Part shown: positions 26,350 to 39,869 of the stretch, piece after piece
Position numbering within the stretch: the stretch's first letter is position 1
Layout: every line of letters begins with the position of its first letter
NCBI RefSeq assembly: GCF_006345805.1
Contig: NC_042997.1
Span: forward strand, 54,002,001 to 54,066,000
From: Octopus sinensis
Lineage: Eukaryota
Length of the DNA: 64,000 bases
Direction of reading: 5' to 3'
The notes under the pieces: generated by a model
Seen by the model: only the letters and a program-made list of their open reading frames with translations
Database searches by the model: none
What the model was told of the DNA's origin: nothing
Program-made: the position numbers and the translations under genes

Positions 26350-26740
26350 AACCCTTTAAAATGGAAGATAAGAAAGTCCATTTTTGGCACTTGATGCTTT
26401 GGGAACCAGACAAAAATTGCTGCAGCTCGGCTGGGATGTGTTACCCCACCCTCCATATTCACCAGATATTGCTCCTTCGGATTTCCACCTATTCAGGTCT
26501 CTGCAGAATAGTCTTAATGGTAAAAATTTCAATTCCTTGGATGACGTAAAAAGATACCTTGATGAAATCTTTGCCATGAAACCACCTCAATTCTGGGAAG
26601 AGGGTATTTTCAAGTTAAAGGAAAGATGGAGATGCATTGTGCAACAAAATGGTTCATTGATTGATTAAAAATGTAATGGCAAGTATTTATTGACCTTTTC
26701 CTTTCCTTTAAAAACCAGCAAACTTTCTGGACAATAAATT
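26350..26740 (+). mobile_element. Mariner transposase C-terminal relic
   Basis: ORF 26384..26668 contains LPHPPYSPDIAPSDFHLFRSLQN (YSPDLAP-x-D motif, third catalytic Asp of DD34D). Confidence 0.85.
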
Positions 26741-28019
26741 CAACACACAAACCTATGACTAGACAGATATCTTCCATAAATGTCAAAATGTGTGCACACA
26801 CATGCACACATTGCAGTTGTTTTAGTGCAGTTTAAAGACTAAAATGACACACTGGACATATTTCATTATATTATAGTTGAAACATCTACAATAAACAATT
26901 TGTTACAATCTCATATTTAGATGAAATTATATTAAAAATTTTGTTGTGTCTAAGGAGAGTAATTATGCCACACAAATTCACAAAGAACCTTGCAAACCAA
27001 ATACAAAAATGAAGTATATTAATGTTAAATCACAAAGTTTAAGCTTTGCTTTGATGTATACAAGACATTAGCAGGATTACCAGAAAGTTGCTGTATTTGA
27101 CATTGAAATTTGTGCACATATACTTTGTTTAGTGGGCTACCAGTGATCCCTATTTTCAGTTTATTAACTTTCAGTTTCACTGCTGTTCAGAGAAATGTGA
27201 AACTACTAATTTCCTGTTGCTTTCATGTTTAGAAGTGGTAGCAGCTAAATATTCCAAATTTTCTAGAGATTATGTCAGTTTTTAATTAAAGTAAACATGG
27301 CAACTGTAGCACAAAGCACAAATGCTAATTTTGGTGAGGGCTTTTCAAAGTAAATAAAGATGGAAAAGAGTGCCTTTGTGTTTTGAACAGCATGTAGAGA
27401 GATAAGCATAGACATAGTATGTTTGTTTCACTGCAATGAGAACAGAGACTAAGGCTTTTGAACAATAACCACTCAACCTTTTATAGCAGATCAAAAGAAG
27501 CAAGTAGAAATATTCTAAAACTTTTAATTATCTTTTATCATAAAAGGTTTAAGGAATAAACATAGCCGAATATAAAACAAATTGTGTGAGTGTGTATGTA
27601 TTGATTCTTATAAAAATTAAACTTGTGAAAATTTAATAAAGCATATTGGCTTTCAGTTTCAAAACTTATGTACTATTTTTTTATTTTCTATGTGAAAATT
27701 AGATTTCTTATTTTTACTATAGTAGGTCAATCATCATCAGTTGACTAATGTAAAAAGAAACACAGATCTTTTATAGAAAAGAAGATAACTTTAAAGCATT
27801 GCTTTTAACCCAAAAATAGTAATTTACTTGATCATGAAACCTCAGCTAACCTGTCAAATAATATTCTAGAAACTACAACCAATCCTAACAGTATAATAAT
27901 CTTTTATGTGGAATAATATCAAATCATTTTCCAACAAAGTTTTACTTAAAAATGAATTGATTAAATACTTCAAGCTTATATTCAATAACCCCCCCCCCCC
28001 AGAAGACACATTTAACCCT

Positions 28020-28520
28020 CAAACATTGGGCCTCACAGAGGCAATGATGAAAGACTGAGACCTCTGGAGATATGCTGTGACTGCGAAGACCCAACAAATA
28101 AAGTGAGATCACGGCTGTATCCTACACCAGTTTCGCATAACCAGCCCCAGCCCATTCAAAAGTACCTTGGATTGACCTGCTATGCTTACCTTTGACCTGC
28201 TGTGCTTGAGGAGACCTATTGAGTCAAGTACATCAGCATCAAAATAAAAATCAAATGGAAATTATAATTGTGATACTCGAACCGGCGGCACGTAAAAAAC
28301 ACCATCCAAACATGGCCGATGCCAGCTTCCTCTGGCCCCTGTGCCGGTGGCACACAAAAAGCACCCACTACACTCAGAGCTGTTGGCATTAGGAAGGGCA
28401 TCCAGCTGAAGAAACACTGCTAGATCAGACTGGGGCCTGGTGCAGCCTCCTCGGTCGAACAGTCCAACCCATGCTAGCATGGAAAATGGACATTAAATGA
28501 TGATGATGATGATGATGATG
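28020..28520 (+). mobile_element. Family A / RTE 3' UTR copy
   Basis: Same core and (GAT)n tail, with a longer RTE 3' UTR upstream. Confidence 0.75.
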
Positions 28521-29252
28521 AAATTAAAAATAACAAAGTTTAAATAAAATAAAATAAAAATTTGTAAGATTACAAAAGTTACTTCCCTTTAGAATATTTA
28601 TATTAATATGATAGTTCTCAACTAACAAAGCAATAAGTACCCTTGGTAAAATTTAGGAGAGTATCAAACAATTCTGGCGTCATTAACAGCTCACCTGCCC
28701 CCATTTCCCTATGCATCTCATTCTCCTCCCAGCCATGCTTAACACAATTCCAGTATGAAGCAGTCAAAATAAAACAGCTGTATACGAACTGGATTCTCAG
28801 TGAGGAGCTTTATGGTTTTTATTTACATAACAAAATCTTAATATAATGCAGCTGTGTGAAGAATCGATTTGATAATGAAACAGCTATTCATAACAAAGTA
28901 CAAATATGTGGGATATTGCATGATAGAAAGTGTGTGCAAACACACACCAAACAACATTCACTAACACAAAACATTTATTAAAAATAATGTACGAGTAAAT
29001 TCAAAGATGCCAAGACGCAAGATTATTTCCTTACAAATTTTAGAAACCATCATCACTATATGTTTTGATTATACAAACCTAAATCCTACTTTTTTTTTTT
29101 TTTTTTTTTGCTGGTTTCAGTGTTTCAGTCATTGAAGTTCAACAACGATGGAATACTCCTTTGAAGAGTTTAGAGCTTTACTTGATAATACTGAATTCCA
29201 AAGCGTGCATGCATGCACACACGCATGCTACTTATTTTATCTATACTATATT

Positions 29253-29495
29253 GCCGGTGGCATGTGTAAAAAGATTCGAGCGAGGTCGTTGCCAGTACCG
29301 CCTGACTGGCCCCCATGCCAGTGGTACGTAAAAAGTACCCACTACACTCTCAGAGTGGTTGGCGTTAGAAAGGGCATCCAGCTGTAGAAACGCTGCCAGA
29401 TCAAGATTGCAGCCATCTGGTTCGCCAGCCCTCGGTCAAAATCGTCCAACCCATGCTAGCATGGAAAGCGGACGTTAAACGATGGTGATGATGAT
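29253..29495 (+). mobile_element. Family A copy
   Basis: Same core and (GAT)n tail. Confidence 0.8.
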
Positions 29496-29631
29496 ATTTA
29501 TCAAATGACTTAAGTTTTTAACTATTGGTGTGTATGTGTGTGCGCGTGTGAGAGAGAGAAAGAGAGAGAGAGAAAAACCCAACTAGTCTTCCTCTCACCC
29601 ACTCTCATGGCATACACACACACACACACAC

Positions 29632-30150
29632 ACGAAGTCTGATAAAAAAGTATTAGGGTTGGTGTTGGTACTATAAAAGGAAAACTACAATCTATGTCAA
29701 TTTGGCATTCAATCTCTTTCGAAGTAGTACCCTTCTGAACTCACACACTTTATCCAGTGCCTTTTCAATTGATGGAAGCATTCCTGGAACACCATTTTTG
29801 GGGTAGCAAGCAACTGTCTCACCACATTCTTCTGGATTGCCTTGACTTCTTGAAATCTTGTTGAGGTCTCCCACAACGAAGATTAGGCCACCTGTTATGA
29901 CTGTTTTCAAAATGTTTCCATCTTCCTCAACACTATCAAGGAGATCCCATGCAGCCAAAACCCAATCTTCTTTTTTGAGATGACCACATTGTACTACCAA
30001 GAACTAATATAAATTAATGGAAGTGAGCAAGAATGTCATAATTTTGTTTGCATGCTCAACAGAGTTCAAGGTCAATCAAAGTCAAGCAGCTGTATCCTAC
30101 ATATTTTAGCTTTGTTACCATGGCCACAGACACTTTTTGATCAGACATTA
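29632..30150 (-). mobile_element. Internally deleted mariner element with both TIR remnants
   Basis: Ends are gtctgataaaaaagt and actttttgatcagac. ORF 29692..30000 (AAWDLLDSVEEDGNILKTVITG) resembles the segment before the first catalytic Asp. Confidence 0.65.
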
Positions 30151-30221
30151 TAATACATACATACATATATACATATATATATGTATATATGTATGTATGT
30201 ATTATAATGTCTGATCAAAAA

Positions 30222-30223
<2 letters not shown>
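30132..30223. repeat. Perfect 92-bp palindrome centred on ATATAT, duplicating a mariner TIR end
   Basis: actttttgatcagacattataatacatacatacatatatacat-atatat-exact reverse complement. Confidence 0.9.
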
Positions 30224-30303
<80 letters not shown>

Positions 30304-32276
30304 CAGCTAACACTACTGAGGCTGTACCATAGATCATGGAGCTTATCTGAACCATGGTAGAAGAAAGCTATAATCAAGATAATGCAAGTTATGTATGAGG
30401 GATTATGTTTTAGATATCCATGCAATTAATTGCCATTAAATCTCTTCTTTACACAAACCATAATACAACACTAACCCCTCAAAATATTTTGAAAACCATC
30501 AAGAAATTACGTGTAATATAAATAATTTCACTTAATGCTCATGCACATCCAAAGTCTTAGAATACCATACTTTTAATTTTGTTTCATTGTCAATTTCTGA
30601 TGTCAAGCTTTAAAAAAAATCAAAGTTCTAACTGTAGAATAGATTTTAATCTTCTACTACTACTACTACTATTATTATTATTATTATTATTATGGAGGAG
30701 GAGGAGGAGGAGGAGAAGGAGGCAGCGGCGGCAGCTTTCTGTAGCAAGAAAGAAATTCTTTCTGATTAATGGTTCTACCTGGTATGTTAAACTTTCTTCT
30801 TCCTCTCAGTTTAAAATTTATTGCAGTTTACATTATTTACTTTTTGTCAACATACATCACTCCAGTTCTACTGTTTATCATTGAATTCTAGATACTAGTG
30901 GTTTTTAATCTTTCAACAGTAATTATTTTGTTGTTGTGATACTTTTCTTGAGACGTTTATCAAAGATTAAAGAAAAAAATAATTTAGAATTATTTGGTTA
31001 CAAGTTGAAATGTTTATGTTGATATTTTTATTATCATAAATTCTGTCTTTAATGTCAGTTATCATTGTTATAGTTGCTAGTTGCTATCATCAATATTCAC
31101 TCCCCAAATCACACTTCCACAATACTGGATGCTATATGATAGCTTTTTTCTTTCCTACTTCCTACTACACTCCAATCCCATCTGACAATAATATGGTCTT
31201 GCTACCATCTCTGATGATGTTCTAACCTACCCTCATTTAATCTATGCACGCAAATATTCAAGTATATATGATGGGTCCAAGGTTATTTTCAACTTATCCT
31301 GGCTTTTAGAAAATATAGGTTGTAAGGAAAAACAAGCCAAGAACTTTTTAAAGATGCAGAAGAGTTTGTTTGACATCAATTACCATGATTAACTGGTGAT
31401 AAGCCTGACAAGAACAAGAGTAGGGATCTTCAAATTTCATCATCAATGCCTGCCAGGGCATCCTGGTCTGCTGGTAAACATTTTTTCTTTTCATCTCCCA
31501 CCATCCCAATATAGTTGGAGGAGGAGTGGTGCTTGTTACTTCTGCAGTTCCCACTGTCTAGTGGGGGAAAATGTAGCTGATGTTCAGCTTGAACTTCTGT
31601 TAGTTGATTGAAGCAAGGAAGGAAATGTATAGAAGGTTAGATTAAGCAAAGAGTTCAGTGAAATGTTTTTGAAATGAAACACTATAGAATTTATGAAAAC
31701 AGGAGATAAGTGATTTATAGAAGAAGTAGCCATTGTTAAAGACGGAGCAGGAGAGACAAAGAAATGAAAAGTGTCAGTGGTTGTAGCATACTGGTGGAAG
31801 GGATTTTGCTAATCAAAATTTTTTTTTGGGGGGGGTGGCTGATTCATATATCATCATCATCGTTTAACGTCCGCTTTCCATGCTAGCATGGGTTGGACAA
31901 TATATATATATATATACACACAAATACATATACACACATATGTGTATATATATCTCTATATATATACATATATATCATCACCATTGTTGTTCAATGTCTG
32001 CTTTCCATGCTGGTATGGGTTGGATGATTTGACTGAGGACTGGCAAGCCAGAAGGCTGCACCGGGGCTCCAATCTCATCTGGCAAATGCCCTTCCTAACT
32101 ACAATCACACCACATGCCACCAGCACATGTGCCAGTAAGGCAACGCTGGCAATGATCACGCTTGAATGGTGCTTTTTACATGCCACCAGCACAGGAGCCA
32201 GTCCTCGGCCCTGGCAACAGTCAGTCAGCAGCCCTGATACATATATATAAATACATATATATATAATACAAAATGG

Positions 32277-32700
32277 GACAAGAACGCAAAACATCCAGAC
32301 AGCTAGGTGATACAAAAAGGGACAACAAAACATCCAGATAGACGATACAAAGAAAACAAGGATGGGTCATTCAAAGTTTTCTTTCTTCAGTCAAGCATCA
32401 GATTATTCTTGAGATTGCTCGAATCTGGCCAGCTCCAAGGAAAAACTAAGCTAAGAGCATTAGATTCCTTGGAAGGAAGTACCGAATGTATACAAAAAGA
32501 AGGACGGAAAAAAACAAACAATTTTACTCAAACATAAATACAATAAAAATAATAACTGGACATAACCGCAGGTGTCCTTCGACTAAGGACTAATTGAATT
32601 AAGCTGGCACATGTGGAAATGGCAGAGTTATAAAGATTTCACAAACACAGGGAGGAATATTGATGTGGCACAGACAAGGGTCAGACCAAGAAAGAGCAGG
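32277..32700 (+). repeat. Unclassified dispersed repeat abutting a (TA)n tract; second copy at ~10215-10478 on the minus strand
   Basis: Shared motifs caaaacatcc.gata, gg.tcatt.g.ag.tttct and aa.ctaagctaagagc in both copies. Confidence 0.6.
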
Positions 32701-32701
32701 C

Positions 32702-32702
32702 T

Positions 32703-32737
<35 letters not shown>

Positions 32738-32814
32738 TATATACATACATGTATATACATGCATGCATATATATACATGCATATATATACATACATATAT
32801 ACATATATGCATAC

Positions 32815-32847
<33 letters not shown>

Positions 32848-32896
32848 CATATATATACATATATATACATACATAAATATACACATATATATATAC

Positions 32897-32942
<46 letters not shown>

Positions 32943-33206
32943 ATATATATATATACATATAGAAATACATATATATATATATACATATATATACACATAT
33001 ATATACACACATATATATATACATATATACATATATATATACACATATACATATAAACATATATATATATATATAAACATATATATACATATATGCATAT
33101 ACATATATGCATATACATATATATATACACACACATATACACACACACACATATATATACACACACATATGCACACACACACATATATATACACACACAT
33201 ATATAC

Positions 33207-33285
<79 letters not shown>
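32702..33285. repeat. ~580-bp compound (TA)n/(CA)n/(TACA)n microsatellite
   Basis: Near-continuous purine-pyrimidine alternation. Source of many spurious Y/I/V/C ORFs. Shorter tracts lie at about 11620-11690, 13900-14230, 14625-14685 and 49345-49510. Confidence 0.95.
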
Positions 33286-33308
33286 CAGTTTTTTTTTTAA
33301 GAGATGAG

Positions 33309-33692
33309 TACATTATTTACATTTGATGGATATTTGTCCTTATCTTGTTTGTTATTAACACGTTAACTGATATACCCTCCAGCTTTCATCAGGTGTCTTG
33401 GGGAAATTTCGAACCTGGGTTCTCATTCCTGAGGTATTTTTTGATGTTATGATTATTATTATTATTATTAGGTCACTGCTTGGATTCGAACTCGGAGTAG
33501 CCCATGGTCTTAACCACTATGCCATATGCCGATGCCTTAATAATAATAATAATTATTATTATAACAACATCGAAAAATACCTCAGTAATGAGAACCCAGG
33601 TTTGAAATTTCCCCAAGACACCTGATGAAGGCTGGAAACATGTTAACAACAAACAAGATGAGGACAAATATCTGTCAAATGTAAACAATGTA
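33309..33692. mobile_element. Fold-back element: ~160-bp diverged inverted arms around a tRNA-like head, with decayed hammerhead motifs in the arms
   Basis: 33309-33470 is the reverse complement of about 33538-33692 (e.g. gaaatttccccaagacacctgatgaa in both). The centre read on the minus strand has TGGCATAGTGG (A box) and GAGTTCGAATCC (B box). Flanked by (TA)n/(CA)n. Confidence 0.75.
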
Positions 33693-33695
33693 TAG

Positions 33696-33738
<43 letters not shown>

Positions 33739-34299
33739 TGTATGTATATATATGAGCAATATTCAAATGTGTCACACTGAACATCATATTGAATGTGGTT
33801 GATGAATTTTCTATCCTGCAGCAAACACCTAATTTTGGGGATGCAGTTTAGTAGTGCAATCACCATACAGCAATCAGAAAATACCTTGCACTGATAATAT
33901 GTTTGAATGTTCTAGCATTCTTGTACAAATGTTTCCTATGTATATGTAACAGTTATATTAATACAGTTCTAATGCTGTAGAAGAATAAATTTTCATATCT
34001 CTATTAGTAGTTGTTTTCAAGATTTCTTTGCCTTAAAATGGCGAAAGTCTGGCATGAAATATCTAAACTATGAATGAATGATGTATGTGCTGAAATTTAG
34101 CAAGAAATGGAGAGTGGTATCATCTGCAGAGGGAAAGTGTGTGATTAAAAATAACAAAGTCTAATGTAAATATAATAGAATATGGAGGGCATAACCAAAT
34201 ATTGAATTATATCAGCACTGATACAATGTGGGTTAAAAAGTTCTATCACCACTTGCTGAAACTGAGTGGTTTGACAGCAAACACTGATACAAGAGTTAA

Positions 34300-35450
34300 A
34301 AGACAGTAATCATAGACTAGAAGCTTGGTGAAGAACTTCTTGTGCTGGACATGGCTAGAAGTTTTACTAATATTAAGGAGAATAGCAACAATACTTCATC
34401 AAAACCCTCAGAGGGAGATCACTGGTGTATAGCATAGGATAACAGATCTCAAGTAGATCTGTCACTATGGAAACCACACAGGTGGAACTGAGAAGAGAAA
34501 GCTTTGTTTCTATCTGCATTGAAAGCGAGAGTGATGGATCACTAGTTGGCAGTATCAGAAAGATTGCTCTTCTTGCAAATGATAGTACTATCAAGATTCA
34601 ATAAGCTGAGGTAGATCATGAATGAAGTAATCAACGAGAGTAAGAACTGTCAAAGGAAGGGCAATTGTTCAAGTGTAACCATCAGGACCAGTTGTCTTAT
34701 TGGAATGGGGAAACTGCAGAAATTGATGATTGTGTGTAACTGAGTTCATGAAATACATTGTCTTGAGCAGTGGAATTCATTCAGGTAGTATTCTTCTCAT
34801 CTTATAAGTTGGAAGTATGTTATCAGATTGTACCATTGTAGTGTTCCTGTTGGAACTGTCATTGATATGTATTCTATTAACTCTGGTGTACTAAAATGTT
34901 CAGTTACGTCACCCACACTCTTCTACTTGTGCATTCATGACTACTTCGCTGTTACCTCTAATAATGCTTACATTTATAAAGACAATGCGACCTCACTTCA
35001 CCTCTCAATTTTCTGCATATGGATATCATCTTTATAAAATCTAAGCACCTCACATCAAAAGAACAGTCCTTTGATAGGAACAACCCTGTCTAAATGGACA
35101 TAGCATTATAACTTCAAAAAAAGAAGAAAAAAAAATCTTTGTCTACTTGAACCTGTCTAGTCTTGGAGAATATACAATGAAAATGCTTGAAGCCTCCACA
35201 AAAACTAGATAACACAATCTCTGATGATTTTGCCTGATGTTCTTATATTTATAACCATGAAAACTGCATCATAAAGGCTAGCTATTATCTTGAGAACCAG
35301 AAAATACTTCAGGTTCAAACAATTGTTGACACTCTCCAAAGTTTAGATGAAAACCCAATGGAATATGACTCTCACATCTGGAGTAGTAGTGTAGCTATAT
35401 ACATACATCTTAGATCACAACCAAAAGAAGCCATACAGCTGACTGACAAT
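34300..35450 (+). mobile_element. Heavily decayed CR1/L2/Jockey-group LINE RT fragment
   Basis: ORF 34828..35037 INSGVLKCSVTSPTLF.L.IHD...YKDNAT aligns to the SGVPQGSVLSPTLF...YADD pattern. Boundaries are approximate. Confidence 0.55.
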
Positions 35451-36300
35451 TTGTTTCCTATAATTTCTATCCCACAGTCGTACCATCTGCCCTCTCTCGC
35501 TATTCCAACCCTACTACAATGACTTCTGCTCCCCACATTCATCTAATTACATACTTGTTCCTCCCAAGACCACCTGATACCCTTGTCTCTCCTCCTCTCA
35601 TCAACCATCCCTATCCCACCCCAAGTGAAACTATAAGCAATATAAATAACAAAGATAGTAGTTATTAGCAGCAACAGTGTTGATTACCAAGTTATCATGG
35701 AGTGCAAGTATAAATATTCTACAAAATTAGTAGAGATCTTCTTGGCAAAAGACCAGAAGGCCTCATTGTAATTTGAAAGGTGAAAGAATTTGCAGGCTGT
35801 ATAATGCCCAAAGACATCCTATTTCTGATGGTCACCTGATTATGGATGTACACTTCCTGTTAGTGATGGCAGGTGACTTCTTTCAGGTGTTGTAGGTTTT
35901 CCCCTGAACAACTTCAGAACAATTCTACAACCCACATAGGAATTTAAAGTTTTGGCTTTTGAGTGTAACAGGATTTTATACATAGGAATACTTTGCTATC
36001 CCAGTTAGGTTACAAATGAAGTATATTTCCTGTATAGGAAATACTTGGAAACAGGTGAGGGTTGATGGTTGGACAGCATCCAGCTATAGAAAATTTGCCA
36101 CAATAAATACTGTCCAAATACTGTTCACATGGAAAAGTGAACTTCAAAACAAAGATAGTGATGATGATGAGAAGGAGGAGAACAATCAATATAATTCCAC
36201 CCAGTTAGAAGTTATATAACAAACTGTGTCAGGTGGATTGAATTTAAGCAATGAAGGTGGCAAAGTCAGTGACAGCAGAAAACAAGACTTGGGTTTAAAG

Positions 36301-36530
36301 ATCATCATCATCATCATCGTTTAACGTCCATTCTCCATGCTAGCATGGGTTGGACGGTTCGACCGGGGATCTGGGAAGCCAGAAGGCTGCACCAGGCTCC
36401 AGTCTTATCTAGCAATGTTTCTACATCTGGATGCCCTTCCTAACGCCAACCACTCCGTGAGTGTAGTGGGTGCTTTTTACGTGCCACCCGCACAGGTGCC
36501 AGGCGAGGCTGGCAACGGCCACGGTCGGAT
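36301..36530 (-). mobile_element. Family A copy
   Basis: (ATC)n-gtttaacgtcc...gcccttcctaacgccaaccac. Other minus copies lie at about 1285-1470, 7620-7835, 14302-14525, 31851-31898, 31975-32218 and 59101-59290. Confidence 0.8.
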
Positions 36531-39146
36531 TGATGAAGAAAGATATTCAAAGTCAATGCAAGCATCAGACATGTAGTTAAATGGAACATAAAAGTAAATC
36601 AAGTCACAAAATATGAATGAAAAACCATAACCCAATAGTTATCAATTCCAACAAATATCAATTTATATGCAACCTAACAACTACCCACAATATAATTATT
36701 CTTTTTATGTTTTACTTGTTTCAGTCATTGAACTGCAGCGATGCTAGAGTACCACCTTCAACAGATTCATCAAACATATCAGCCCCATTATTTTAATGAG
36801 TTTGGGACTTTTCCTATCAGTCTCTTTTTGCTGAACTGTTAAGTTATAGGGACTTAAACAAACCAGACCACTTGGCAAACGGTGAGATGGATAAACACAC
36901 ACACACACATACACAAAGGCTTCCACACAGTTTCCATTCATCAAATTTACTCACAAGACATTGGTCAGCCCAAAGCTATAGTAGAAAACACTTGCCCAAG
37001 GTTCTACATGGTGGGACTGAACCTGAAACTACATTGATGCAAAGCTAGCTTCTTAACCACGCAGCTATGTCTGTGCATATGAAGTCATGCCTATCAGTAT
37101 CTATATAAATATGTCTATATAAATATAGCATAAAAATAGCATACATTTGAGTGATGTAACAATGAACAGAAATAGATAATGAATCACTAAATATTTGATA
37201 TTGTAAGGTAAAACAGCCTGTTACAGAAATAATCAAAGATTGTCTACAAAACTACTGAATTAGTAGCACAAATGAAGACAGGAGCTTATAATACACTAAT
37301 TGAAATACAACACAGTTATAAAGTGCATAGTGAGAGAAGTGAGTTAAAAATGAAACTCGGCATGTGAGAGTAAACATAGCGGATTTAATGATAGCCAAAT
37401 TATACATGCACAGCAAAAGAAAGACAGAAAATCAAAAAACATTCACCTACACATAACAAAACTCTGTATTTGTTAGTATATATGTGTTGTATGTGGGTGT
37501 GTGTGTGTGTGTGTGCGCATTTGTTGGATATGTGGGTGTTTGTCTGTGCAAGTGTACACACACACACACACACCGAATATAAATAAAACAGATAAGAATA
37601 TCTCTTTGACTTCATAACCAAAATTACTTAAAATGTTCTATAAATGACGATGGTAATGATGAAGACTTTCAAGCTATTAAAGATAAGTCTGTCTAATCAC
37701 ACATAGCAATATTCTGCATGTACACAGAATTAATGTACAAAATGCTAATTGTGATATACAACATAGCAATTGTTTATATGGATGAGAGTTTATTTATGTA
37801 TTGAAATAGACTGCAAACAGTCATTGTGGAATAACAGTAAAAAGGTTAAAACAACACATTTTAAAATTCTATTTCAAATATATACTTGTTCTTAAGTTCA
37901 GTTCTGATTAAAATTAAGACACAAATGTAAGCAATGAAAAGAGGAATCCTTTTTGCATTATGGGTGTGATGCATTCTTGAAAATCTCAGCGTTATGTGAA
38001 ATCCCAAAACACAAAATCAAGTTTCCTACTGAGTTCCTTGTTATAAATTAAAATGTATTTTGACCAATTTTTTTTTCGTTTGAAGAAAGAAAAACATGAA
38101 CAACAATAAAAACAAACACATGAAAATAATAGTTTGAGGGCTGGTGTGAGGAAGGGTATCCAGCCATAGAATCCTTGCCAAATCAGACAAATGGAGCCCA
38201 GGCAGCTCTCCAGCTGGCCAACTCCTGTCAAACCATCCAACACATGCCAACATGAAGAACGGGTAGTAAAAGATGATAATGATATAACACAGTATAATAT
38301 GTACACACAGTTTCTTTTATTTATACTTGACATTATCCCGCCACTACACCTGCTTGCTTTTATTCTCCTTCAAATACAAGAGCCACTTTCAGCCTTTCAT
38401 CTTGCAAATTGAAAGATGATCACACTAGTGCTGATGCCATGAAAAAGAGCATCTACAGTACAATCTGTAAAGTGATTAGCATTAGGAAGGGCAGCAAGCT
38501 GTAAAAATCATGCCAAAACAGAGATTGGAGCAGGATGCAGTCATCCAACTTATCAGATCCTTGAACCAACCAACCCATGATAAGCATGGAAGATGGACAT
38601 TAAATGATGGTGGTGGTGGTGGTGGTGATGATGATGATGATGATAATAATAACAATGATGATGATGACTTAAATGACATTAGACTGCACAGAAATCAATT
38701 ATCTTTGATGAGGAAACATTATTTTATGCCTTAGTAATAGAGGGCCTCCATAGGTGAAGACTAACCATGCATCTGCCAGTGTTAGCAAATTATTGTAAAT
38801 AATGTCACATTACCTAAGACTAGCTCTTTGGATCTGCTTGACAAAAAATCCAGATTTATAAATACCTTGAAATTTGGAAGGTTAATCCTCACTGGGAATA
38901 CATTACAATCATAAAAGCTACTCAGAGACTACTGACTTTTTGGCACTTTGGATAATTTAATTAAATAGTTATACACTCAATAACTTTGCTAAAATTAATT
39001 GCAGAAATTTCCATGTTAATTATACACAGATGACTTTGCTTGCAGCACATGTAAATTTTTTTCATAGAATTAAAAGAATTTTTGAGATACTTTGAAATTA
39101 ACTTATAATAGAGAATACTATTCCATTTTAGAGAACTATCCTAAAT

Positions 39147-39436
39147 ATCATCATCATCATCATCATCATCATCGTTTAACGTCCGTTTTCCATGCTAGCA
39201 TGGGTTGGACGGTTCAACTGGGGTCTGGGAAGCCAGAAGGCTGCGCCAGGCCCAGTTTGATCTGGCAGTGTTTCTACAGCTGGGTGCCCTTCCTAACGCC
39301 AACCACTCCGAGAGTATAGTGGGTGCTTTTTATGTGCCAACTGCATAGGTGCCAGACGAGGCTGGCAACGCCCACAATCGGATGGTGCTTTTTACGTGCC
39401 ACTGGCATGGAGGCCAGTCGGGGTGGCGCTGGCAAC
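39147..39436 (-). mobile_element. Family A copy just downstream (in transcript) of bromodomain exon D
   Basis: Close reverse complement of 43978-44149. Confidence 0.85.
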
Positions 39437-39583
39437 TCATTATTATTATTATTATTTAATGTCCACCTTTCCATGCTGGACAGGTTTTTCTGACCCATTT
39501 TAGTCACTTCTTATGACACACAATCCACATTTTTCAAGAATATCAACCACAGAGTAGTAAAAAAAACCTTAAAATCCACTCAC

Positions 39584-39772
39584 CTGATCTCGAAGCCGCA
39601 CAGCAGCTCTATAAAAGACTGTGTCCTTAGCATTATATGTTAAGCAATTCTTTATCATAAGTTCAAAGTCTGCTTGAAATTCATCAATGGTTTTGTAAAT
39701 GTGGCCATCGACTTTCTTCCTAATTGTCGAGAAATCCATGGGGTGTTCAATGTATTCCAAGTAGTCTGGGAC
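39584..39772 (-). CDS. BRPF1: BRPF exon D (189 nt), bromodomain core: [63 protein letters not shown]
   Basis: Overlaps ORF 39569..39760. Acceptor ttttag, donor GTGAGT. Has VPDY, PMDF and the conserved acetyl-lysine-binding Asn (TYN). Confidence 0.96.
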
Positions 39773-39869
39773 CTAAAAAATGTTCAAGTACAAATTATTT
39801 TGAATATATTAATACTTAGGTGAATTATAGCATAAAAATAATCACAAAATTTTTTGTGTGTGTGCGTGT

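Noticed and set aside
30579-30884. ORF with poly-Leu then poly-Arg resembling a signal or transmembrane peptide
   Set aside because: It is produced by adjacent (CTA)n/(TTA)n/(GGA)n trinucleotide repeats.
32599-33326. Long ORFs (up to 227 aa) rich in Y/I/V/C/M/H
   Set aside because: They are translations of dinucleotide microsatellites. The same applies to ORFs near 13100-14700 and 48836-49635.
33471-33537. tRNA gene
   Set aside because: A and B boxes are present but I could not fold a complete cloverleaf. It is embedded in a repeat, so it is treated as a SINE-type head.
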